A DNA stretch of 64,000 bases, taken from assembly GCA_965198005.1 (NCBI GenBank), contig CBDAOI010000004.1, forward strand, positions 1,408,001 through 1,472,000, written 5' to 3'. The position numbers and the translations under genes were made by a program. The notes beneath the pieces were generated by a model. The model was not told where the DNA came from. It saw only the letters and a list, made by a program, of their open reading frames with translations, and made no database searches. Of this stretch, positions 51,601-59,825 are shown in pieces. Each line of letters starts with the position of its first letter. Within the stretch, counting starts at the first letter, position 1. This DNA is from Spirochaetia bacterium. GTDB taxonomy: Bacteria > Spirochaetota > Spirochaetia > SZUA-6 > Bin103.

Positions 51601-54600
51601 CGCCTCCATCGCTGCCGCTTCGGCAGCCGCGGTCGCGGCCTGTGCCTCAGCCACTGCCCCCGCATCAGCCGCCGCCTGTGCGTCGGCCGCCGCTTGCGCG
51701 TCGGCTACGGCAGCGTCGGCCGCTGCCTGGGCATCGGCTACGGCCGCATCCGCCGCCGCCTGCGCGTCGGCTACGGCAGCGTCGGCGGCAGCTTCGGCCG
51801 CAGACACCTGCTCGGCCGCCTGCTCGGCCGCGGTCGGCGGCAGGGTCACCTGCTGTATTCCGACCACCTCCAACCGGTTGCCGCCGGCGTAGCGGAGCTG
51901 CCCGGAGTAGCCCTGGCCATCCACGTTGACGTAGGAGATGTCCAGCATGTCCGGCGCCACGAACGCCAGCTCGGTCTGCGCCAGGCCGACCGAATCGGGA
52001 ATCAGCTTCCCGCTCGGCCCGAATACCTGCTCGACCGTGGCGGTGGTGCCGCCGCGGTAGCGCAGCAGGGCGGAGTAGCTCTGCCCGTCGTACATGATCG
52101 AAGAGACGTAGATCGAATCGGGTCCGGCCAGGGACACCTGAACCGAGTCGAGGTTCGCCAGGCTGGGATCGAGCTGATCGGCGGACACCATCACCGCGGA
52201 CGGTTGATGCGTCTCCGCCATCATCATGTCGACCTTGTCCATCGCCTCCATCGTTGCCGCGTCGGCAGCATCGGTCATCGCCTGTGCGTCGGCCACTGCC
52301 GCATCGGCCGCCGCCTGTGCGTCGGCTACGGCAGCGTCGGCCGCTGCCTGCGCTTCGGCCGCTACGGCATCGGCCGCGGCCTGGGCTTCGGCAACCGCTG
52401 CGTCCGCCGCCGCCTGCGCGTCGGCTACGGCAGCTTCCGCCGCCGCCTCGGCTTGGTCGGCCGCGGTCGGCGGCAGGGTCACCTGCTGTATCCCGACCAC
52501 CTCCAAGGTGTTGCCGCCGGCGTAGCGGAGTTGTCCGGAGTAGCCCTGGCCATCCACGTTGACGTAGGAGATGTCCAGCATGTCCGGCGCCACGAACGCC
52601 AGCTCGGTCTGCGACAAGCCGACCGAATCGGGAATCAGCTTCCCGCTCGGCCCGAATACCTGCTCGACCGTGGCGGTGGTGCCGCCGCGGTAGCGCAGCA
52701 GGGCGGAGTAGCTCTGTCCGTCGTACATGATGGAAGAGACGTAGATCGAATCGGGTCCGGCCAGGGACACCTGAACCGAGTCGAGGTTCGCCAAGCTGGG
52801 ATCGAGCTGATCGGCGGACACCATCACCGCGGACGGTTGATGCGCCTCCGCCATCATCATGTCGACCTTGTCCATCGCCTCCATCGCTGCCGCTTCGGCA
52901 GCCGCGGTCATCGCCTGTGCCTCCATCGCTGCCGCGTCGGCAGCATCGGTCATCGCCTGCGCCTCCATCGCTGCCGCATCGGCCGCTGCCTCGGCGTCGG
53001 CCACTGCGGCGTCGGCCGCGGCCTGCGCGTCGGCAATCGCCGCATCGGCGGCCACCTGCGCGGCAGCCTCGGCGGCGGATACCTGCTCGGCGGCGGTCGG
53101 CGGCAGGGTCACCTGCTGTATCCCGACCACCTCCAACTGGTTGCCACCGGCGTAGCGCAACTGCCCGGAGTAGCCCTGGCCATCCACGTTCACGTAGGAG
53201 ATGTCCAGCATGTCCGGCGCCACGAACGCCAGCTCGGTCTGCGACAGGCCGACCGAATCGGGAATCAGCTTCCCGCTCGGCCCGAATACCTGCTCGACCG
53301 TGGCGGTGGTGCCGCCGCGGTACCGCAGCAGGGCGGAGTAGCTCTGCCCGTCGTACATGATCGAAGAGACGTAAATCGAATCGGGTCCGGCCAGGGACAC
53401 CTGAACCGAGTCGAGGTTCGCCAGGCTGGGATCGAGTTGATCGGCGGACACCATCACCGCGGACGGTTGATGCGCCTCCGCCATCATCATGTCGACCTTG
53501 TCCTGCGCCTCCATGGCCGCCGCTTCGGCATCGTCTACCGCGGCATCGGCCATCGCCTGCGCGTCGGCCACTGCCGCATCGGCCATCGCCTGGGCGTCAG
53601 CCACCGCCGCGTCCGCCGCCGCCTGGGCGTCGGCCACTGCGGCGTCGGCCGCGGCCTGCGCGTCGGCCATCGCCGCTTCGGCGGCCGCCTGCGCGGCAGC
53701 CTCGGCGGCGGATACCTGCTCGGCCGCGGTCGGCGGCAGGGTCACCTGCTGTATCCCGACCACCTCCAACTGGTTGCCACCGGCGTAGCGCAACTGCCCG
53801 GAGTAGCCCTGGCCATCCACGTTGACGTAGGAGATGTCCAGCATGTCCGGCGCCACGAACGCCAGCTCGGTCTGCGACAGGCCGACCGAATCGGGAATCA
53901 GCTTCCCGCTCGGCCCGAATACCTGCTCGACCGTGGCGGTGGTGCCGCCGCGGTACCGCAGCAGGGCGGAGTAGCTCTGCCCGTCGTACATGATCGAAGA
54001 GACGTAAATCGAATCGGGTCCGGCCAGGGACACCTGAACCGAGTCGAGGTTCGCCAGGCTGGGATCGAGTTGATCGGCGGACACCATCACCGCGGACGGT
54101 TGATGCGCCTCCGCCATCATCATGTCGACCTTGTCCTGCGCCTCCATGGCCGCCGCTTCGGCATCGTCTACCGCGGCATCGGCCATCGCCTGCGCGTCGG
54201 CCACTGCCGCATCGGCCATCGCCTGGGCGTCAGCCACCGCCGCGTCCGCCGCCGCCTGGGCGTCGGCCACTGCGGCGTCGGCCGCGGCCTGCGCGTCGGC
54301 CATCGCCGCTTCGGCGGCCGCCTGCGCGGCAGCCTCGGCGGCGGATACCTGCTCGGCCGCGGTCGGCGGCAGAGTCACCTGCTGTATCCCGACGACCTCC
54401 AAGGTGTTGCCGCCGGCGTAGCGGAGCTGCCCGGAGTAGCCTTGGCCATCCACGTTGACGTAGGAGATGTCCAGCATGTCCGGCGCCACGAACGCCAGCT
54501 CGGTCTGCGACAGGCCGACCGAATCGGGAATCAGCTTCCCGCTCGGCCCGAATACCTGCTCGACCGTGGCGGTGGTGCCGCCGCGGTAGCGCAGCAGGGC

Positions 54601-57600
54601 GGAGTAGCTCTGCCCGTCGTACATGATCGAAGAGACGTAGATCGAATCGGGTCCGGCCAGGGACACCTGAACCGAGTCGAGGTTCGCCAGGCTGGGATCG
54701 AGTTGATCGGCGGACACCATCACCGCGGACGGTTGATGCGCCTCCGCCATCATCATGTCGACCTTGTCCTGCGCCTCCATGGCCGCCGCTTCGGCCTCGG
54801 CTACGGCGGCATCGGCCATCGCCTGCGCGTCGGCCACCGCCGCATCGGCCGCTGCCTTGGCAGCCGCGGTCGCGGCTTCGGCGTCGGCCAACTGCGCCGC
54901 AAGCTCGCTGTTCTCACTTTCGAGCGCTGCAACGGCAGCCTCGAGCTCGGCGATTCTCGCCTGAGCGGCAGCGAATTCCGCTTCCGCCTGCTCGGCCGCG
55001 GTCGGCGGCAGGGTCACCTGCCGTATCCCAACCACCTCCAACCGGTTGCCACCGGCGTAGCGGAGTTGCCCGGAGTAGCCCTGGCCATCCACGTTCACGT
55101 AGGAGATGTCCAGCATGTCCGGCGCCACGAACGCCAGCTCGGTCTGCGACAGGCCGACCGAATCGGGAATCAGCTTCCCGCTCGGCCCGAATACCTGCTC
55201 GACCGTGGCGGTGGTACCGCCGCGGTAGCGCAGCAGGGCGGAGTAGCTCTGTCCGTCGTACATGATGGAAGAGACGTAGATCGAATCGGGTCCGGCCAGG
55301 GACACCTGAACCGAGTCGAGGTTCGCCAGGCTGGGATCGAGCTGATCGGCGGACACCATCACCGCGGACGGTTGATGCGCCTCCGCCATCATCATGTCGA
55401 CCTTGTCCATCGACTCCATCGCCGTCGCTTCGGCGTCGGCTACCGCGGCATCGGCCATCGCCTGGGCGTCGGCCACTGCCGCATCGGCCATCGCCTGGGC
55501 GTCAGCCACCGCCGCGTCCGCCGCCGCCTGGGCGTCGGCCGCTGCGGCGTCGGCCGCCGCCTGCGCGTCGGCAATCGCCGCTACGGCGGCCGCCTGCGCC
55601 GCTGCCTCGGCGGCGGATACCTGCTCGGCGGCGGTCGGCGGCAGCGTCACCCGCTGTATCCCGACCACCTCCAACCGGTTGCCGCCGGCGTAGCGGAGTT
55701 GCCCGGAGTAGCCTTGGCCATCCACCTCCACGTAGGAGATGTCCAGCATGTCCGGCGCCACGAACGCCAGCTCGGTCTGCGACAGGCCGACCGAATCGGG
55801 AATCAGCTTCCCGCTCGGCCCGAATACCTGCTCGACCGTGGCGGTGGTGCCGCCGCGGTAGCGCAGCAGGGCGGAGTAGCTCTGTCCGTCGTACATGATA
55901 GAAGAGACGTAGATCGAATCGGGCCCGGCCAGGGACACCTGGACCGAGTCGAGGTTCGCCAAGCTGGGATCGAGCTGATCGGCGGACACCATCACCGCGG
56001 ACGGTTGATGCGCCTCCGCCATCATCATGTCGACCTTGTCCATCGCCGCCGCTTCGGCGTCGGCGCTCATGGCCTGGGCCTCTGCGATTGCCGCATCCGC
56101 CGCCATCTGCGCGTCCGCAACCGCTGCATCCGCCGCCATCTGCGCGTCCGCAACCGCTGCATCCGCCGCCATCTGCGCCTCGGCAATCGCGGCGTCGGCG
56201 GCAGCTTCGGCGGCTGCCGCCTGCTCGGCCGCGGTCGGCGGCAGGGTCACCTGCTGTATCCCGACGACTTCCAACTGGTTGCCGCCGGCGTAGCGGAGTT
56301 GCCCGGAGTAGCCCTGACCGTTCACCTCCACGTAGGAGATGTCGAGCACGTTGTCGACCAGCGCCAGCTCGGTCTGCGCCAAGCCGACCGAATCGGGAAT
56401 CAGCTTCCCGGCCGACCCGAACACCTGCTCCACCGTGGCGGTAGTGCCGCCCGCGTACCTGAGCAGAGCGGAGTAGCTCTGCCCGTCGTACATAATGGAA
56501 GAAACGTAGATCGAATCGGGTCCCGCGAGCGACGCCCGCGCGGAGTCGAGACTGAGCATGCCGACGTCGATCTGGTCGGGCGAAATCATCACCGCGGACG
56601 GTTGATGCGCCTCCGCCATCATCATGTCGGCCTTGTCCATCGCCTCCATGGCCGTCGCATCGGCAGCCGCAGCCTCGGCGACTGCGGCTTCGGCGTCGGC
56701 CTGAGCCTGCGCCGTTTCGGCTTGAGCAGCCGCGGCGTCGGCCTGAGCCTGCGCGGCTTCGGCCTGAGCAGCCGCGGCGTCGGCTTGAGCCGCCGCCAAC
56801 TGCTCCTGCAGGGCAGCGATCTGATCGGCCGCGGAAGTCGGCAACATCACCCGCTGGATTCCGGCAACCTCGAACCGGTTGCCGCCGGCGTAGCGGAGCT
56901 GCCCGGAGTAGCCCTGGCCGCCTACCTCTACGTAGGAAATCTCCAGCATGTCCGGCGCGACCAAGGCCAACTCGGTTTGCGACAGCCCCACCGAGTCGGG
57001 AATCATCGCCCCATCGGGACCAAAGACCTTCTCGACGGTCGCCGTCATGCCGCCCTGGTACTTGAGAAGGGCGGAGTAGGCCTGCCCGTCGTACATGATC
57101 GACGAGACGTAGATCGAATCGGGTCCCGCCAGCGACACCGTCGCCGCATCGAAACTCAGCAGATCCGGATCGAGCTGATCCGCCGAAACCATGATTCCGG
57201 CATCCTCGGCGGCTGCGGCCATCATGGCGTCGACCTTGGCCATGGCTTCCATGGCCTCTGCTTTCGCCATGTCGACCATCTCCTCGACCATCTCCTCGGC
57301 CGACATCGCGGCGTCCTTGGCATCTTCCAGCATGGCCATCGAGGCGTCAGCTTCGGCCTTGGCCATGTCGACCTCGGCTTTTGCCATTTCCGCTTCGGTC
57401 TTGGCCATTTCAGCCTCCGCCTGCGCCGCCGTGACCTCAGCCTCGAGGGTGGCGACCTCCTCTTCCAAGGCGGCGACCTGCTGTTCTGCCGGAGAGGGCT
57501 TCTCCATTTCCTCCATTTCCTCGGCCGGTGTAGCCGGGGAAATACAACTCAGGGCGACCAGCGAACTCAAGGCAATGAGAACCACCGCCACCAGACTCAT

Positions 57601-57609
57601 TCTATGCAT
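48676..57609 (-). CDS. Giant repetitive lipoprotein (~2977 aa): 13 beta-rich domains joined by Ala-rich helical linkers, plus a distinct C-terminal domain
   Basis: Uninterrupted ORF, GGAGG SD, lipobox LVALSC, 13 copies of the GPDSIY(V/I)S domain, own promoter and terminator. Confidence 0.9.
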   Translation of the reverse strand: MHRMSLVAVVLIALSSLVALSCISPATPAEEMEEMEKPSPAEQQVAALEEEVATLEAEVTAAQAEAEMAKTEAEMAKAEVDMAKAEADASMAMLEDAKDAAMSAEEMVEEMVDMAKAEAMEAMAKVDAMMAAAAEDAGIMVSADQLDPDLLSFDAATVSLAGPDSIYVSSIMYDGQAYSALLKYQGGMTATVEKVFGPDGAMIPDSVGLSQTELALVAPDMLEISYVEVGGQGYSGQLRYAGGNRFEVAGIQRVMLPTSAADQIAALQEQLAAAQADAAAAQAEAAQAQADAAAAQAETAQAQADAEAAVAEAAAADATAMEAMDKADMMMAEAHQPSAVMISPDQIDVGMLSLDSARASLAGPDSIYVSSIMYDGQSYSALLRYAGGTTATVEQVFGSAGKLIPDSVGLAQTELALVDNVLDISYVEVNGQGYSGQLRYAGGNQLEVVGIQQVTLPPTAAEQAAAAEAAADAAIAEAQMAADAAVADAQMAADAAVADAQMAADAAIAEAQAMSADAEAAAMDKVDMMMAEAHQPSAVMVSADQLDPSLANLDSVQVSLAGPDSIYVSSIMYDGQSYSALLRYRGGTTATVEQVFGPSGKLIPDSVGLSQTELAFVAPDMLDISYVEVDGQGYSGQLRYAGGNRLEVVGIQRVTLPPTAAEQVSAAEAAAQAAAVAAIADAQAAADAAAADAQAAADAAVADAQAMADAAVADAQAMADAAVADAEATAMESMDKVDMMMAEAHQPSAVMVSADQLDPSLANLDSVQVSLAGPDSIYVSSIMYDGQSYSALLRYRGGTTATVEQVFGPSGKLIPDSVGLSQTELAFVAPDMLDISYVNVDGQGYSGQLRYAGGNRLEVVGIRQVTLPPTAAEQAEAEFAAAQARIAELEAAVAALESENSELAAQLADAEAATAAAKAAADAAVADAQAMADAAVAEAEAAAMEAQDKVDMMMAEAHQPSAVMVSADQLDPSLANLDSVQVSLAGPDSIYVSSIMYDGQSYSALLRYRGGTTATVEQVFGPSGKLIPDSVGLSQTELAFVAPDMLDISYVNVDGQGYSGQLRYAGGNTLEVVGIQQVTLPPTAAEQVSAAEAAAQAAAEAAMADAQAAADAAVADAQAAADAAVADAQAMADAAVADAQAMADAAVDDAEAAAMEAQDKVDMMMAEAHQPSAVMVSADQLDPSLANLDSVQVSLAGPDSIYVSSIMYDGQSYSALLRYRGGTTATVEQVFGPSGKLIPDSVGLSQTELAFVAPDMLDISYVNVDGQGYSGQLRYAGGNQLEVVGIQQVTLPPTAAEQVSAAEAAAQAAAEAAMADAQAAADAAVADAQAAADAAVADAQAMADAAVADAQAMADAAVDDAEAAAMEAQDKVDMMMAEAHQPSAVMVSADQLDPSLANLDSVQVSLAGPDSIYVSSIMYDGQSYSALLRYRGGTTATVEQVFGPSGKLIPDSVGLSQTELAFVAPDMLDISYVNVDGQGYSGQLRYAGGNQLEVVGIQQVTLPPTAAEQVSAAEAAAQVAADAAIADAQAAADAAVADAEAAADAAAMEAQAMTDAADAAAMEAQAMTAAAEAAAMEAMDKVDMMMAEAHQPSAVMVSADQLDPSLANLDSVQVSLAGPDSIYVSSIMYDGQSYSALLRYRGGTTATVEQVFGPSGKLIPDSVGLSQTELAFVAPDMLDISYVNVDGQGYSGQLRYAGGNTLEVVGIQQVTLPPTAADQAEAAAEAAVADAQAAADAAVAEAQAAADAVAAEAQAAADAAVADAQAAADAAVADAQAMTDAADAATMEAMDKVDMMMAETHQPSAVMVSADQLDPSLANLDSVQVSLAGPDSIYVSSIMYDGQSYSALLRYRGGTTATVEQVFGPSGKLIPDSVGLAQTELAFVAPDMLDISYVNVDGQGYSGQLRYAGGNRLEVVGIQQVTLPPTAAEQAAEQVSAAEAAADAAVADAQAAADAAVADAQAAADAAVADAQAAADAQAAADAGAVAEAQAATAAAEAAAMEAQDKVDMMMAEAHQPSAVMVSADQLDPSLVSLDSVQVSLAGPDSIYVSSIMYDGQSYSALLRYRGGTTATVEAVFGPSGKLIPDSVGLSQTELAFVAPDMLDISNVEVGGQGYSGQLRYAGGNRLEVVGIQRITLPPTAAEQVAAAEAAADAAIAEAQAAADAAVAEAQTAADAAAAEAQAAAAAHVADAQAAADAHVAEAQAAADAAVADAEAAAMEAQDKVDMMMAEAHQPSAVMVSADQLDPSLVSLDSVQVSLAGPDSIYVSSIMYDGQSYSALLRYRGGTTATVEAVFGPSGKLIPDSVGLSQTELAFVAPDMLDISNVEVGGQGYSGQLRYAGGNRLEVVGIQRITLPPTAAEQAAAAAEAAVADAQAAADAAVADAQAAAEAAVADAAAAADATVADAQAAANAAVADAQAAADAAVAEAQAATAAAEAAAMEARDKVDMMMAEAHQPSALMVSADQLDPSLLSLDSAQASVAGPDSIYVSSIMYDGQSYSALLRYRGGTTATVEQVFGPNGTLIPDSLNLARTELSFEAPDVLNISFVELGGQGYSGQLRYVGDNRLELVGMQQVTLPPTAAELAQTAADTAVAAANAAVGDALAAAAAAMSDAEASADAARVAVAEAVDAKAMLMAMMEDLEARVQVPTGIDPNLLNLDDAEVSIAGPDSIYISGIKYGDQEFSARLRYAGDNQGVAEALFGNGVGAIPDMDLSAPALEVVGPDTLVISNVGIRGTAYAVSLKITHDGAIVVSTEEQGHPVRTAAELMRDDLLSSGNRVVSGFADGDALSGEGAWTSGADSVSQTDADTSHAKWALMNVAQPAVATLYGVAGRTSGNEKVGLGLHFLASGTPQSGNTWNYGRSYLMWITQEENFYGTDETQAQLYESLDGNRLVWLKSRNVARPLDDGVTLEALYNPDGCPEGVSVCYGSITLMVDGMEQFKVRVTSDPAERAPDTIALRALGGPVEFTDLYVYSR

Positions 57610-57662
57610 CACTTTCCTCCATTTTCGCACGTTAAGGCCAGATTCCCCTCCCAGGCGGGGTC

Positions 57663-57691
57663 ATCATGCGGGAAATCTCGAACCTTGTCAA
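57663..57691 (-). promoter_or_regulatory. sigma70-type promoter of the giant gene
   Basis: TTGACA-17 nt-CATGAT with an AT-rich upstream tract (57700-57750). Confidence 0.6.
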
Positions 57692-58115
57692 ACGCAAAGC
57701 GTAAAGTTTTTCTCATGTTTTGGTGTTTTTTTCCGATATTCATTAAGTGTCAGGCTCCGACACACGGATCGCGGTGCAAAGGGGCACGCACCGCGCGCAG
57801 GAATAGACACAGGAATAGTGGGTGCCGGACGGCCGGCCGGCATGTCCGGGAGGCACACCACTGCAGGACGCGCGGCACGCCGTGCGTGTACGGCGCTGCA
57901 TGCTCGGACTGTGGAACCCGCAAACGGGCGTCCTCCTTTAACCGATCGCGTCGCCAGCAGCCCTCCCGTCATGCCGGCGTACACGGGTCGCGCTCACCCG
58001 GGAGCAGTGGCCCCCGCGCGGCACGTTGCCTCAGAGCTACGTATTTATAACAGATAAACAATTAGGTGCAAACATGGTTTCACCAAAATCTCCGTAACTC
58101 CGGTGCTCCGGGCGG

Positions 58116-58451
58116 TCATCCGAGCGGTTGGCGCCGGATCAGGCATAGCAATGCTTCGAGATTGTCCGGCTGCCGGCTGCCCCCGGCGATGCGGTTCGTG
58201 CTCACTTCGCCGCAGACTTCACAACGGTGGACAACCTGCCAGCCCTTGCGCCCGGCGTGCCGGACTCCCACCGGCACCATGAGCCCCCCGCAACGACTGG
58301 CCCGGTCTCCGGGCGCCACGTCCACATGAACCGAGTGCAGACATTGTGGGCAATGGTTCCTGTAACTTCCATCGTCAACGGGAGTTACAGACATGCCGCA
58401 GTGCCGGCACGCGAATCCGGAGTTCTCGGTCCGCCGTCTTCCGCCAACCAC
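58116..58451 (-). CDS. RNHCP-domain protein (start approximate)
   Basis: FACRHCG, YRNHCPQCLHSVHVD..PGDRASRCGGLM, HRCEVCG. Confidence 0.88.
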   Translation of the reverse strand: MVGGRRRTENSGFACRHCGMSVTPVDDGSYRNHCPQCLHSVHVDVAPGDRASRCGGLMVPVGVRHAGRKGWQVVHRCEVCGEVSTNRIAGGSRQPDNLEALLCLIRRQPLG

Positions 58452-58709
58452 TCCGGCCCCATTGTGCCCAACATCCGGTCCGTTCCGCAAGCGACCTGGA
58501 CGGGACATCGGACGGGACGTCAAGTGGTGCACTCCGGCGACGCAACTTCAGCAAGCGAGCGATCACTCACTAAGGTGAGTGCGCACTATTGCGATAACGA
58601 GACGGCAGTGGACGACGTGCGACTACTTCAAACCGCCAAGCAATGGAGCGACCGGCAGGTGCGCGATGACCGAAGACGCGGCGGGACGATCGCCGCGGCC
58701 GCTGCCGAA

Positions 58710-58783
58710 TGGGCGGTACTGGACTCGAACCAGTGACCCCTAGCGTGTCGAGCTAGTGCTCTAGCCAACTGAGCTAACCGCCC
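58710..58783 (-). tRNA. tRNA-Val(GAC), CCA not encoded
   Basis: GGGCGGTTAGCTCAGTTGGCTAGAGCACTAGCTC-GAC-ACGCTAGGGGTCACTGGTTCGAGTCCAGTACCGCCCA folds as a cloverleaf. Upstream TTGACG-17-TTATAT promoter (58851-58823). Confidence 0.96.
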
Positions 58784-59096
58784 GCACCGGGCGCTCCGCG
58801 CGCCCCGCGCTCGCTGGAGTGGATATAACCGACCGGCGGGGGGGCCGTCAACAGCTTTGCCGCACCGGGTGGCGGGCGGGACGGCACGTAAGTGGGTTCA
58901 CGACGCCTGGCTGACCGACTTGGTGCCCACCGCCACCTCCGACACCTCGCAGAGCACTCGACCGCAATGTTCTTGGGGATGACAGGCACCCGGCCAGTGT
59001 TCGGTATTTTATGACAGAGTAAGCAGATAGCTCTGCGCGAGGGCGTGCGGGCGGAGCAGATGCCGAGCGGACCCCACCAAACATCGAACTTTTGGT

Positions 59097-59277
59097 TTGA
59101 CAACCCACGACATAAGCCCTATTATATCCATCGTGCTGCCCTATAGACCGGAATCATCTAAGATCTCGCTCCGCTCCGCAGCCAGCCACTCACCGAGAAT
59201 TGCCGCACCGGGGCGCTGGCCCCGCCCGGACGTGGTGTGGACGGCTGGTTGACGGCGGGCGCGGAACCGGTTAAAGT
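59097..59277 (+). promoter_or_regulatory. Two tandem sigma70 promoters upstream of the RRM gene
   Basis: TTGACA-17-TATTAT (59097-59125) and TTGACG-17-TAAAGT (59249-59277). Confidence 0.65.
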
Positions 59278-59424
59278 AAGCACGAATAACGTAGGTCACT
59301 TCAGATACTGCCTTGCCCATGGGCGTCCGTTCGGACGCTGGAGACCGAGCATTTGTTGACATCAGTTGCTGCTGCTCCGTTGGCCCGGTAGGGCGGGACT
59401 GCGAAGTGGCCCCAGGAGTAGGCA

Positions 59425-59694
59425 ATGGCCAACAAGAAGCTATTCGTCGGGGGACTGCCCTACGCGGTCACCGATGAACGGCTGGAAACAGTCTTCGCCG
59501 CGCACGGCAACGTCGAGTCCGCGCGGGTCGTAACGGACAAGTTCACCGGGCAGTCGCGCGGGTTCGGTTTCGTCGAGATGGGTTCCGATGCCGAGGCGAC
59601 AGCCGCAGTCAACGGGCTCAATGAGACCGACCTCGATGGTCGGACGATCACGGTTGCCGTAGCCCGCCCACGGGAGGATCGCTCGCGCTGGTAG
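59425..59694 (+). CDS. RRM (RNP-1) RNA-binding protein
   Basis: RNP2 KLFVGGL, RNP1 RGFGFVEM; AGGAG SD. Confidence 0.95.
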   Translation: MANKKLFVGGLPYAVTDERLETVFAAHGNVESARVVTDKFTGQSRGFGFVEMGSDAEATAAVNGLNETDLDGRTITVAVARPREDRSRW

Positions 59695-59825
59695 CGGCGA
59701 ACGGCGCGGTTACGAGAGTCTGAGTGCCCGGTTCGGGACCGGCGGCTAACCGCCGCCGGTCGGGCTGGAGACCGCCTGCGTCCCTTGCGGGAGGTGGCGG
59801 AAACTGGGAGGAACCGTAGCGCGCA

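Noticed and set aside
57760-58030. Riboswitch or ncRNA in the long intergenic region upstream of the giant gene
   Set aside because: Only generic GC hairpins and a doubled CAGGAATAG. It lies upstream of the predicted promoter and matches no family I recognise.
49072-58050. 2992-aa plus-strand ORF
   Set aside because: Antisense shadow of the giant lipoprotein, with Arg/Gly/His-rich composition. The SD, signal peptide, promoter and terminator all belong to the minus strand.
58035-58070. AT-rich patch as a dif site
   Set aside because: It does not match the XerC/XerD arm spacing or consensus.
58710-58783. tRNA-Val as integration site of an island containing the giant gene
   Set aside because: I found no duplicated tRNA 3' end and no integrase in the window, and the giant gene has host-like composition.
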